Shown in pieces: positions 41,561 to 50,821 of a stretch of 64,000 nucleotides of DNA. The position numbers and the translations under genes are program-made. Numbering within the stretch: the first letter of the stretch is position 1; every line of letters begins with the position of its first letter. Source of the DNA: an uncultured delta proteobacterium (GTDB lineage Bacteria > Desulfobacterota > Binatia > JACPRU01); the NCBI GenBank assembly GCA_963745025.1, contig CAVUWD010000011.1, positions 480,001 through 544,000 on the forward strand, in the 5' to 3' direction. The notes below the pieces were generated by a model. It ran no database searches. It was not told where the DNA came from and saw nothing but the letters and a program-made list of their open reading frames with translations.

Positions 41561-41665
41561 GTTCGAGGTTCGTGGGACAGTCGGCCGACGGTGCTGAGTG
41601 CGTCGTGCCACAACTGGGGGTACGTGGGGTACCGCGAAGGCGACTTCGGCTTCCGCTGCGCTGCG
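41561..41665 (+). pseudogene. C-terminal remnant of an FGE-sulfatase (SUMF1/EgtB/PvdO) domain
   Basis: VRGSWDSRPTVLSASCHNWGYVGYREGDFGFRCA resembles RGGSW...R.S.R......GFRCA. Confidence 0.5.
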
Positions 41666-41722
41666 AATCTTCCGCGCGAACAAGCGGCCTTCGATGCCGC
41701 CACGGCGGAGATGCGTATCGCT

Positions 41723-42946
41723 CTACGGCGAAGGATTTGCGTGTCGAACGGCGCGAAACGAGATCGGCAGCCGCGCGGGAACGCGGAACAGCGAGCGGCC
41801 CCAGTCGACCACGTCCGATTCGAGACGAAGATCGTCGAAGCGGCGGACGAGCGTGCCGATCGCGGCTCGCGCCTCCAGCTGCGCGAGGTGGTATCCGAGG
41901 CAGAAGTGTGCCCCGCCGCCGAACGCCAGGTGATCGTTGTCGGGGCGCTCGATGTCGAAGGTATCGGGGTCCGGAAACCGCTCGGGATCGCGGTTGGCCG
42001 ACGCGAGCATCGCCCACACCATGGAATTCTTCGGGATCGTCTTGCCGCCGAACTCGGCATCCTCGTGCAGGATGCGCACGGTGAGGACGATCGGGCCTTC
42101 GTAGCGCAGGCACTCCTCGATCGCGCCGTCGATGAGCTCGGGGTGCGCGCGGAGCTTGGCGAGCTCGGCCGGATGGCGGATCAGAGCGCGGATGCCGTTG
42201 CCGATCAGGCCGATGGTGGTCTCGAAGCCGGCGATCAGCAGGCCGATCGACTGTGAGATCAGTTCGCGACCGCTCAGGCGGTCGCCCTGCTCTTCCGCAC
42301 GAATCAGCCCACTCAAGATGTCTCCGGTGAGATGTGCCCGCCGGCGCTCGATCAGCTCCTCGAAATACGCCGCCAGCGACTCACCCGCAGCGCGCGCCTG
42401 CTGGAGCACCTCCGGCGGCAGGATCGGCGCGGCGAGGCCGAACGTCGCTTCCGCAGTCCATACGGTGAAACGATCGCGGTCCTCGACCGGCACGCCAAGC
42501 ATCTCGCAGATCACGGTTGCCGGCACCGGCAGCGCGAGGTCCGCGATCACGTCCATTTCCCCTTGCCCCGCGACGCGCTCGAGGCAGTGGTCGACGATGC
42601 GCTGGATCGTTTCGCGGAGATCCGACAGCGCGCGCGGGGTGAAGGCGCGGCTCACGAGCTTTCGCAGGCGCGTATGCGTGGGAGGGTCCTGCTGCAACAT
42701 GAACAGGCGCTGGCTGGCGAGTTCCGACTCGTCGAATCCGGGGAGGATCCCGTCGGTCGTGCGCACGCCGCAGCGCACCTCGCCGAGCAGGCGTGCTACG
42801 TCGGCGTAGCGGAGAAGCCGCCAGATGCCGATCGGCGTCAGGTTGACGGGATCGGTTTCCCGCAGCTTTCGCAGGCCCGGATACGGATCGTTCCGGAAGA
42901 CCGGATCCAGCGGATTACAACCGCCCCAGGGGTCATCCACGCTCAT
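41723..42946 (-). CDS. Cytochrome P450
   Basis: DPPTHTRLR, AGFETT, EECLR and HLAFGGGAHFCLG heme motif. Confidence 0.95.
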   Translation of the reverse strand: MSVDDPWGGCNPLDPVFRNDPYPGLRKLRETDPVNLTPIGIWRLLRYADVARLLGEVRCGVRTTDGILPGFDESELASQRLFMLQQDPPTHTRLRKLVSRAFTPRALSDLRETIQRIVDHCLERVAGQGEMDVIADLALPVPATVICEMLGVPVEDRDRFTVWTAEATFGLAAPILPPEVLQQARAAGESLAAYFEELIERRRAHLTGDILSGLIRAEEQGDRLSGRELISQSIGLLIAGFETTIGLIGNGIRALIRHPAELAKLRAHPELIDGAIEECLRYEGPIVLTVRILHEDAEFGGKTIPKNSMVWAMLASANRDPERFPDPDTFDIERPDNDHLAFGGGAHFCLGYHLAQLEARAAIGTLVRRFDDLRLESDVVDWGRSLFRVPARLPISFRAVRHANPSP

Positions 42947-42999
42947 CGGACTCAATCCACGTTGCTCGAGCCGCGCGACGGATGCAACCGACGAGCTGC

Positions 43000-43218
43000 G
43001 GCGAGCGCCATGTAGGCGCATCCGCCAGCGTGAAGCTGCCGCAGAGATACTCGCGGTCGCCGAGCTCTCGTTCGAGACAGGGAAAGACGCGGCTTCGCAG
43101 CTGCTCCCTCCCCTTCTCCATGCCGTGCGTGTCGCGATCCTCCGGCTTCGACCACCAGGGCATCCAGACGCTCGGCAGAGCCCCGACGAGGATCGCCTCG
43201 TCGCCGAAGTTCTCGAGC
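43000..43218 (-). pseudogene. Duplicated internal fragment of the GST gene
   Basis: Near-identical to 45508-45727, with a few substitutions and a 1-bp deletion. Confidence 0.9.
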
Positions 43219-43335
43219 CGCCATACACACGAAACTGAACGTATGGAGATCAATTTCGTACGGTAAAGTTCACAATTATGATGACAAAAACAATCGGCGG
43301 CACGAAAAAAATGGATATTTTTTTGGCGCATATTA

Positions 43336-43351
43336 TGGCACGAGATCTGCT
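43336..43351 (+). promoter_or_regulatory. Sigma54 (-24/-12) promoter
   Basis: TGGCACGAGATCTGCT has exact GG-N10-GC spacing and is preceded by A/T tracts. Confidence 0.65.
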
Positions 43352-43748
43352 TTTCCAATCGCTGCAAAGAACGCGGTCGACGTGATCACGGGATTGGTTT
43401 CGAAGGGCCCGGCCTCGATGCGGCTCGCAAAGCCGGCCGCTGTCGCTCTCCGCGATGACCCTAGAGCGGCTGGAGGGATTTCATCGATCGACAAACGCCC
43501 GGAAACATTTTTTGGCGAGCAGCGGCTTATGGGACAGTTTGCAAGAGGGCGGCGGCGCTATGTTCCGCACAACTCATCGAGGATGGAAGGGTGCGTAGTC
43601 ATCCTCCTCGCGGCCGCGATGCTCGCAGGAACGGCGGCTCTGCACACTCAGCGCGGGCACGCGAGCGCGGCCCGCCGAATTGGGACTAGCAACTGATGTT
43701 TTGGGGCAGTGCCTGTGGTGGAAAGTAGTGTTACAAAAGGAGACGTGC

Positions 43749-44486
43749 ATGACGACGAAACTTGCAATCATCGGGATCGCGCTCGGCCTAGCTACCGGAA
43801 GTGCTCTCGCGCAAAATAATAATCCCTGCCCCGGAGATAAGGCGTACCAAGTCAACATCATCGGCGTCCCCAAAGGGAAGAACCCGACGATGGACAACAA
43901 CAACGGACACCGGATCTTCGTGCCTCTAAACGGGCCAACTAACATTTACATGAGCGGGGATGTCGATAATAATGCTTCTGATGGCCTGCAATGTGGGAAC
44001 GACTTCCGGGTAACCGACGCCAATGGAACAGACCAGAACGGAGCCAGGTTGCTCGTTCCCTGCGACAACACGGACATAACCAATGTTTGTTACACCGTCT
44101 TCGCGACTCCTCTTGGAACACCGGGCGGACGAGCCGACGTAGACGTCGTTTGCTCGTTCGATAGCACGGTTATTGGCGGGAACATCGATGCAGGTGACTG
44201 CGCCCAGGGAGAAATCGACTTCTCACTGGTGCGCAACAGCGGCAAGCCGGTCCAGAAGGACATCACGAAGTTCATGAGAGCCTCCGGCTGCATCGATGTC
44301 GGCGGCGAAACTGGCGTCTGCGACGCCGGTGACACTCAGTTCAACAACATCTGGATCTTCAACCTCGACCAGTTGCAGGACTATTTCTGGATCTACGACA
44401 ACCAGGGCCTGCGGGTAGCGCAGCTCCGGTTCTGCGATGTGAGCGACATTCCGGGGGCCTGTGGCTCTGTAACAACCGTGCAGTAG
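43749..44486 (+). CDS. Secreted Cys/Asn/Asp-rich hypothetical protein
   Basis: AAGGAG RBS, signal peptide (..ALAQ), 10 Cys, lower GC than flanks. Confidence 0.8.
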   Translation: MTTKLAIIGIALGLATGSALAQNNNPCPGDKAYQVNIIGVPKGKNPTMDNNNGHRIFVPLNGPTNIYMSGDVDNNASDGLQCGNDFRVTDANGTDQNGARLLVPCDNTDITNVCYTVFATPLGTPGGRADVDVVCSFDSTVIGGNIDAGDCAQGEIDFSLVRNSGKPVQKDITKFMRASGCIDVGGETGVCDAGDTQFNNIWIFNLDQLQDYFWIYDNQGLRVAQLRFCDVSDIPGACGSVTTVQ

Positions 44487-44517
44487 GTATTGACGTCGCC
44501 TCCGAGTATCCGGAGCT

Positions 44518-44559
44518 AGAGCGGGGCCTGGCATTCCCGGGCTCCGCTCTGTCAGTTTT
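44518..44559 (+). terminator. Putative intrinsic terminator/stabilising hairpin
   Basis: AGAGCGGGGCCTGG / CCGGGCTCCGCTCT stem followed by GTCAGTTTT. Confidence 0.45.
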
Positions 44560-44562
44560 CCG

Positions 44563-45303
44563 ATGCCTTCCTCGTTTCCACGTCTTGTCGCTGTAGCCGC
44601 GCTTCTATGGGCGGTTTTCACGACTTCTCGAATCGGAGCCCAGATCCCGATCCCCGCATTTCCCGTACAAGGCATCGAGTACCAGCCTTTGCCGGCCATC
44701 TTCATCGTGGCCGCACGAGGCACGGTTCGGGAGAGTTCGATTGAGATCCTCAATCACAAGCCGGAGTCCTTGGAGATCAAGGAAGTCGAGAACCCCAGCA
44801 AACGGTTCACCGCCCGCGTCGAGACTCTCGAGCCAGGGCGGCGTTATCGCTTCACGGTGACGCTGAAGGGCGAAGGGCCTGCCGGAAAGCAGCGCCAGGA
44901 TGTCTCGCTCAAGACGAACCTCGCCAGCGCCCCCGTGCTTCGCATTCCGGTGAACACAGCGGTCCGGGAGAAGGTGTACGCGCTCCCCGAGTCCCTCTTC
45001 CTCGGACGCTACGGAATCAGCGAGATCAAAGGAAATCCGAACCTAGCCCGGCAACTGGCCCAGATTTTGATGGTCTATCGCGACAACACGAACCAGTTCC
45101 AGGTTCAGGTTTCGACGGATGTGCCTTTCTTGAAGTTCACCTCCGAAAGGGGTCCGCAGGGCGACCGTTATGAGAGCTGGTTTTGGCTCGATCCGGACAA
45201 GGTCAAACCGGGAGAAATCAGAGGCACTGTCTTCCTCGAAACCAACGACACGGACTTCCCGAAATTATCGGTGCCGGTTACGGGCACAGTGCTGCCGAAG
45301 TAA
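44563..45303 (+). CDS. Secreted protein with two predicted beta-sandwich (Ig-like/DUF1573-like) domains
   Basis: Signal peptide; repeated G...KTN...P.L.IPV and G...ETND...P.LSVPV.G domain ends. Confidence 0.65.
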   Translation: MPSSFPRLVAVAALLWAVFTTSRIGAQIPIPAFPVQGIEYQPLPAIFIVAARGTVRESSIEILNHKPESLEIKEVENPSKRFTARVETLEPGRRYRFTVTLKGEGPAGKQRQDVSLKTNLASAPVLRIPVNTAVREKVYALPESLFLGRYGISEIKGNPNLARQLAQILMVYRDNTNQFQVQVSTDVPFLKFTSERGPQGDRYESWFWLDPDKVKPGEIRGTVFLETNDTDFPKLSVPVTGTVLPK

Positions 45304-45369
45304 ACTGTTGCCGAAACCTTTTGCTTCTTCCAAATCCCAACCAAGTTGGGTGCCGTTCGCCGGCATCCC

Positions 45370-46035
45370 CTACGCGCTCCCTGCCGACTCGGCGAGCGGC
45401 GTCCGCGGGCTGATCGAGCGATAGCTCGCGCGCGAGCGCAGACGCGCGAGGTAGGCGGTGAGACGCGGAAACGGATCGGTCGCCATCCCGTCGACCTCGA
45501 GCACCATGGCGAGCGCCATGTAGGGCGCATCCGCCAGCGTGAAGCTGCCGCAGAGATACTCGCGGTCGCCGAGCTCTCGTTCGAGATAAGAAAAGACGCG
45601 ACTTCGCAGCTGCTCCTTCCCCTTCTCCATGCCGTGCGTGTCGCGATCCTCCGGCTTCGACCACCAGGGCATCCAGACGCTCGGCAGAGCCCCGACGAGG
45701 ATCGCCTCGTCGCCGAAGTTCTCGAGCATGCGGGCGCGCGCCCGCGCGATCGGCTCGCGCGGCAAGAGCGACGGCTCGGGATAGCGGTCTTCCAGGTACT
45801 CGTTGATCACCGACGAGTCGTAAACGACCAGACCCTCGTCCTCGATCCACGGCACCTTGCCGAGCGGGTGCTTGGCGAGCATCTCCGGCGGCTTCTTCCA
45901 GAGATCCCCGGGTCGCAGACGCTCGACCCGATACGGAAGGCCCTTCTCCTCGAGAACGACCTTGACCTTGCTGGCGTTCGTCGAGCGCAAGGTCCCCCAG
46001 GGATATTCGCGCTCGGTCGTGTAGAGAACGATCAT
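45370..46035 (-). CDS. Glutathione S-transferase family protein
   Basis: HPLGKVP, YDSSVINEYLE and FTLAD motifs. Confidence 0.9.
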   Translation of the reverse strand: MIVLYTTEREYPWGTLRSTNASKVKVVLEEKGLPYRVERLRPGDLWKKPPEMLAKHPLGKVPWIEDEGLVVYDSSVINEYLEDRYPEPSLLPREPIARARARMLENFGDEAILVGALPSVWMPWWSKPEDRDTHGMEKGKEQLRSRVFSYLERELGDREYLCGSFTLADAPYMALAMVLEVDGMATDPFPRLTAYLARLRSRASYRSISPRTPLAESAGSA

Positions 46036-46124
46036 GGCGAGGCTCTCCGCGTAGCACTCGAGGAGGGCTAGAAGAAGAGGGAGTCGCCTCGGCCCCTGCC
46101 ACGACCATATGCCGTGATGACAGC

Positions 46125-46268
46125 GGTCGAGCTTCCGGTCGAGCCGTACTCGGGTCGATCGGAAGCTCGACCCACCGCGCAGAGCGCGGAATGTTGCAGC
46201 GCTTCGCGCTGTGGCGTGTGTTTGCGGTCGACCCGAGTACAGAGTACGGATCGACCGCAAACACACGC
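46125..46268. repeat. REP/REPIN-like element, copy D
   Basis: Hairpin 46125-46172 (loop CCGTACTCGG), ACCGCGCAGAGCGCGGAA, hairpin 46214-46268 (loop with a short GAGTAC duplication). Confidence 0.85.
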
Positions 46269-46355
46269 GTAGCTTCTCATCGATCAGTTAGGTCGAACAC
46301 AAGGGAAAGTGATTTACGACGTACCCTCGGCAGCGCGCGTCTCTCCACAGGCCCG

Positions 46356-46808
46356 CTACGAAAGCCGATCGCGGCTGAGATAGAGATGGTACGCGCCGCC
46401 GCTCGAGACGCCGATCGCCGCTAGTGCATAGAGGACGAGGCCGATCAGCGGCGCGTCGGAGCCGGGAGGCGGGTTCAGCGAGAAGAGGAGAAGGTTTGCC
46501 AGCACGTACAACGCGTAGGCGCCGGCGAGCGGCACCACCCAGCTGCGCATCGTCCAGACGCCGTAGGCGTAACTGCCGAGAAGCAGGCCAAAGAGCGGCC
46601 CGACGATCGCGTTGGCGAGCCCATGCAGGCGATGGCCGAAGAACACGAAACCGGCGTTACTATCGGGAGCGAAGGCCTGGCTGATCGGCTTCATGAGATT
46701 GGACAGCGCCAACAAGCCCATGAGAACGGCGAGCGTCGTGAGAACGCCGCCGCGCGCTTTTCCAACACTCGCTTCCAGGCCGTGATCCTCGCCGCCGTGA
46801 TGCCACAT
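46356..46808 (-). CDS. Hypothetical membrane protein (4 TM)
   Basis: Four hydrophobic segments; start uncertain. Confidence 0.6.
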   Translation of the reverse strand: MWHHGGEDHGLEASVGKARGGVLTTLAVLMGLLALSNLMKPISQAFAPDSNAGFVFFGHRLHGLANAIVGPLFGLLLGSYAYGVWTMRSWVVPLAGAYALYVLANLLLFSLNPPPGSDAPLIGLVLYALAAIGVSSGGAYHLYLSRDRLS

Positions 46809-47409
46809 TCACCCGCCGAGCCCAAACGGAACGCGGTCGTCGCGACGGTCGCCCGCGCCTTGACCCTGGCGCGGCTGGTCGGTGTCGGACCGTTTCTCTG
46901 GCTGCTCGTCCGTGTCTCGCGGGGAGCTTCGCTGGGCGAGCGCGCGATGCTCGGCTTCTCTTACCTGTTCCTCGCGCTTTCGGATTTCTTCGATGGCCGG
47001 CTGGCTCGCCGGGCCCGCGCCGCAAGCCCGCTTTGGGCACGAGCGGACGTCGTCGCGGACATCGTCTTCAACGTCTGCTCCCTCGGCGTCGCCGCCTGGC
47101 TCCGCCTCGTTGGCCCGTGGGTGCCGGCCGGCGTCGCGTTGCTCGGCGGGCGCTTCCTCGTGCGGAGCGTGCGTGACGGAGGATGACGGAGGATACGGAG
47201 GATCGGGAGGGGATCTTCCCGAAGACCGCCTCGGCAAGCTCGCCGGAGTCGCGTACTACGTCCTCGTCGGATGGATCGTCGCCGAGCTGGCGATCGGCGG
47301 CGTGCTCGGCCGGTTCGCGCTCGCGCGCGCGGGGGATGCCGTGTTCCTCTATACGCTCGTCGCCTTTTGGCTCGGGCGGGACCGGCCGATGTCGTCTCGC
47401 CGACGGTGA
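46800..47409 (+). pseudogene. CDP-alcohol phosphatidyltransferase, frameshifted by a 10-bp tandem duplication
   Basis: LTLAR and SDFFDGRLAR..S...D..AD motif; removing one GACGGAGGAT copy at 47175-47194 restores the frame into DRLGKLAG. Confidence 0.7.
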
Positions 47410-48308
47410 ACGAAGAGATCGATGTAGGCCTTGGGAAGGAAGAGCGCGCCGAGCGCGCCGTTGGCGAGCATGAAGGTCAGATGAGCGGCGAGGCTGTACG
47501 CAAGCAGGTCAGCCTCCGGCGCGTAGTCGTTGAAGAAGAAGATCCACGCCGCCTGCGAAGTGCCGAGATGCGCGACGGTCACCGGCAGCGCCGCGACCAT
47601 GAAGACGATCGGCAAGAAGGCGAGCAACCGGGAGAGCGGGACGTGGATACCGAAGAGCGGCAGCGCAAGCGCGTGCACCGAGAGCGCGCAGAGGAACGTC
47701 GAGGCTTTGAGCCCCAGGACGACGAGAAGTTGAGCGGGGCTTGCGCTGCGAAAGGTCCGGGAGAGCGGGTTCCGGGCGTAGCGACCGGCGGCCGGCGTGC
47801 GCACGACGGCGACGAGGCCGATCCACAGCGCGGCAAGCACGAGCGGCGCGAGAAACAGGCCGGCGGGAACGTCACGCGGAAATGCGAGCATCCCCACGGT
47901 GGCGAAGAGCACGAGCTGCGTCACCTCGAGAAGGATCAGCGTCGCGACGGTGCCGGCGATTTCGCCGAGCGGAGTCATGAAGCGGCGGTGGATGTAGAGC
48001 GCGAGCGCGCCCTGTGCGAGCTGCGTGTTGACGATCGAGACCAAGTACGTCGAGGCGCGTACCGGCAAGAGGTCGCGGTAGGCGAGAGGGCCGTGGAACC
48101 AACGGACCATTTTCAGCAACACCAGCGTGTCGACCGCGAAGTAGAAGAGCGAGAAGCCGGCCATCAGAGCGAGAAACGGCACCAGGCGCGCCTGCGACAA
48201 TGCCTCCACCAGGCGCTGAAACGGGACGCGAGCGAAGATGACGGCGAAGATCGCGACGGTCAGGGCGAGCGGCCAGAGCTTCGCCAGGCGATCGCGTAAC
48301 CGCTCCAT
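47349..48308 (-). CDS. Lysylphosphatidylglycerol-synthase TM / flippase-like membrane protein
   Basis: Multi-TM protein with LPVTVAHLGTSQ motif (LP.T..G.G..E type). Confidence 0.7.
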   Translation of the reverse strand: MERLRDRLAKLWPLALTVAIFAVIFARVPFQRLVEALSQARLVPFLALMAGFSLFYFAVDTLVLLKMVRWFHGPLAYRDLLPVRASTYLVSIVNTQLAQGALALYIHRRFMTPLGEIAGTVATLILLEVTQLVLFATVGMLAFPRDVPAGLFLAPLVLAALWIGLVAVVRTPAAGRYARNPLSRTFRSASPAQLLVVLGLKASTFLCALSVHALALPLFGIHVPLSRLLAFLPIVFMVAALPVTVAHLGTSQAAWIFFFNDYAPEADLLAYSLAAHLTFMLANGALGALFLPKAYIDLFVHRRRDDIGRSRPSQKATSV

Positions 48309-48408
48309 GGGCAGGCTATAACCGGCGCCGCCGAGCGACCTCAAGGACCGGCGGCGCTTTCGGGTCAACCCATGGCGAGCTTCGTTCGTCATTATCAGGC
48401 GGAGGCTC

Positions 48409-48819
48409 GTGATGGCGTTCGAATCCCCAGCGGCGGCAAGAAGCTCCCTCTCGAGGTCGTGGACGGCCCCCTTCGTTACGCAGCCGGCGATTCTGCTGCC
48501 CTGCCAATACGCCGCCGCGAGCGCGCCTCAACTCGTGTTTGAGCTCGCGCTAGTCGCGGCGATTCTCGAAGACGCCCTCCGCTCGCTCTCCCACCGCGAT
48601 CCGAGCGGCCCGCGGCGGCGAGAATTTCGCGAGGCACGCGACTGGCTACTCAACGACGATCGAACCTGGCCCTTCGCGTTTCGCAACGTCTGCGATCTCC
48701 TCGGGCTCGATGCGAGCGCGCTCCGCGAGAGCTTCCGGGAGCGCCTGGAGCCGCGAAGACGGCCGTGTCAACCGAATCGCCGCCCCCCTCGTTCTCCCAT
48801 CGAGGAGGCTCCTCCATGA
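48409..48819 (+). CDS. Conserved hypothetical protein
   Basis: AILEDA...EARDW...WPFAFRNVCDLLGLD pattern; GGAGG RBS. Confidence 0.65.
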   Translation: MMAFESPAAARSSLSRSWTAPFVTQPAILLPCQYAAASAPQLVFELALVAAILEDALRSLSHRDPSGPRRREFREARDWLLNDDRTWPFAFRNVCDLLGLDASALRESFRERLEPRRRPCQPNRRPPRSPIEEAPP

Positions 48820-48974
48820 CCCAGCCGGGCACGGCGTTGCTGAGGCTCGCATTGTTTCTGTCAGTCGTAGCGCTCGGCGCTCTCACGCTGTGGGTGAGCG
48901 CCGGACACGTGCAGTAGCGGCGACCGGCAGCGATGGGGGCTCAGCTGTTTGCATTCGGGATCGCACCGGGCACG

Positions 48975-49508
48975 ATGGCCGCGACCGCCCAGGTGCCCGC
49001 CGATCGCATGGACTATGAGCAGCTCTACCGGGATCACCGGCCGCAGGTTCTGCGCATTTGCCGGCTGCTGCTCGCCGACCCCGACGAGGCCGACGACGTC
49101 GCACAGGAAGTCCTCTTGAAATTGCTGAACGAGCATCGCGCGAATGGAAACACCATCGCCTGGAGGCCCTGGCTCAACCGTGTCACGGTCAACGCCTGCC
49201 GGGACCGCCGGCGTTCGGGCTGGTGGAAGCGGTGGCGCTCGCAGCCGGCCGAGTTCGAGGAAAGCGAATTCGCCCACCGCGGCCCGACCCCGGAGCAGCA
49301 GGCTCTCGGTGAGGAAACGCGGCGGGCGATCTGGGAAGCGTTTCGGCGACTTCCGGCGCGTCAACGCGACGTATTCGCGCTTCGTTACCTGGAGGGATGC
49401 TCGACCGAAGAGACCGCGGAAGTGCTCGGGCTGAGCACAGGCAGCGTCAAGACACATCTCTTTCGCGCCGTGCACCAGATGCGCACGAGCTTACGAGGTG
49501 CACCATGA
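48975..49508 (+). CDS. ECF sigma-70 factor
   Basis: ADDVAQEV, WL.RV.VNAC.D and region 4 ETAEVLGLSTGSVKTHLFRA. Confidence 0.9.
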   Translation: MAATAQVPADRMDYEQLYRDHRPQVLRICRLLLADPDEADDVAQEVLLKLLNEHRANGNTIAWRPWLNRVTVNACRDRRRSGWWKRWRSQPAEFEESEFAHRGPTPEQQALGEETRRAIWEAFRRLPARQRDVFALRYLEGCSTEETAEVLGLSTGSVKTHLFRAVHQMRTSLRGAP

Positions 49509-50056
49509 ATCGTTGTCTCGAAGAGCGAGCCTTGCTGCTGGCCGCGATCGGCGAGGGCCGCGCCGAGGAGAGCGCGCATCTCGCCTCCTGCCGGTCGTGC
49601 AGCGGTCGATACGCGCGGATGGTGGGCGATCTGGACGTGATCGGCAACGCGTTGCGCGGGGCGCCGACGCGCCTCGCGTCCGCGCCCTCGTCGCGCCACG
49701 CCGACCGCTGGTGGGTGGCGGGTCTGGCGATGGCCGCCACGGTCACACTGATCGTCGCGCTGCAATGGCTCCGCAGGCCGGCGAGCACCGAGCTCGCCCG
49801 CGTGAGCGCAGCGGCATCCGCCACGGCGCGGGACGTCAGCACCGATGCCGAGGAGGTCTCCGCGGCGATGTTCGACACGGCGAGCGAGCGGCGCCTGTCG
49901 AGCGAAATCTTCGACGTCGCGACGCGGGACAACGGCCAGAGGCTGACACCGGAAGCAGCCACGCTGCAGGAAGCGCTCGAGGCAGGCCCCGTCTGCACCG
50001 GCGGGCGATTCATCGACGGCGACTGTGACGACTACGTTTCGGCGCTCTTCTTCTGA
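49505..50056 (+). CDS. Putative zinc-binding membrane anti-sigma factor
   Basis: C...HLASCRSC (HxxxCxxC) plus one TM helix; ATGA overlap with the sigma gene. Confidence 0.7.
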   Translation: MNRCLEERALLLAAIGEGRAEESAHLASCRSCSGRYARMVGDLDVIGNALRGAPTRLASAPSSRHADRWWVAGLAMAATVTLIVALQWLRRPASTELARVSAAASATARDVSTDAEEVSAAMFDTASERRLSSEIFDVATRDNGQRLTPEAATLQEALEAGPVCTGGRFIDGDCDDYVSALFF

Positions 50057-50089
50057 GCGACGCGCAGATGACATGAAAGGACGATCGCC

Positions 50090-50638
50090 ATGAGAGGACG
50101 AACGATCTTGATCGCAGCGCTGACAGCCGCCGCGCTTTGCTGGGGGAGCGCCCGTGCGGAGCCGCCGAACAAGCCCATGCCCGGTCCGCCGCACGGCGGG
50201 CACAGGTTCATGATGGGCCCGGGGAGCGGGCACGGCATGATGGGCGAAGGCGGTGGATTCATGTTGCCGCTGGTGCTCCACCGCGCGAACCTGACCCCCG
50301 AGCAGCACGACAAGGTGCGCAAGATTCTCGAGTCGGACCGCCAGGACCTGCAAAAGCTCTCCTCCGAGCTCGGCAAGGCCAACGACGAATTGTCGAGGAA
50401 ACTGTTCGCGCCCGGCGACGTCGCGCTTGCCGATCTCAAGACACAGCTCGACGAGATCGCCGGTCTCCGCCGGCAGCTGATGGAGCAAGGAATCAAGACG
50501 GCGCTGGCGATCCGCAAGGTGCTCACGCCGGAGCAGCTCGCCAAGGTGGCGGAGGTGAAGCAGCGGATGGACAAGCTCCGCGCCGAGATGCGGGAGCTGA
50601 TGGAGGGAGACGGCCTTCCCCCTCCTCCCCCTCTCTGA
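50090..50638 (+). CDS. Spy/CpxP-family periplasmic protein
   Basis: Signal peptide, Met/Gly/His-rich linker and two LTPEQ motifs. Confidence 0.85.
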   Translation: MRGRTILIAALTAAALCWGSARAEPPNKPMPGPPHGGHRFMMGPGSGHGMMGEGGGFMLPLVLHRANLTPEQHDKVRKILESDRQDLQKLSSELGKANDELSRKLFAPGDVALADLKTQLDEIAGLRRQLMEQGIKTALAIRKVLTPEQLAKVAEVKQRMDKLRAEMRELMEGDGLPPPPPL

Positions 50639-50821
50639 CCTCGAATTCCCCCAAGCCGGGCGAGTCGCAGTGTCAGCGCTCGCCCGGCCCCCTCGTTCTC
50701 ATCCGAGCGCGGTGATCGCTTGACGCCGCGAGCGCAGCCATGGTACCGGCGGTACCGAAATGCGATTTTGGATACCAACTTCGGGCGTTTCGTGCGACCA
50801 TGCATCGCGAGGAGGATCGCC

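Noticed and set aside
43382-43696. Small ORF in the sigma54 leader
   Set aside because: No motif or convincing RBS; may be non-coding leader.
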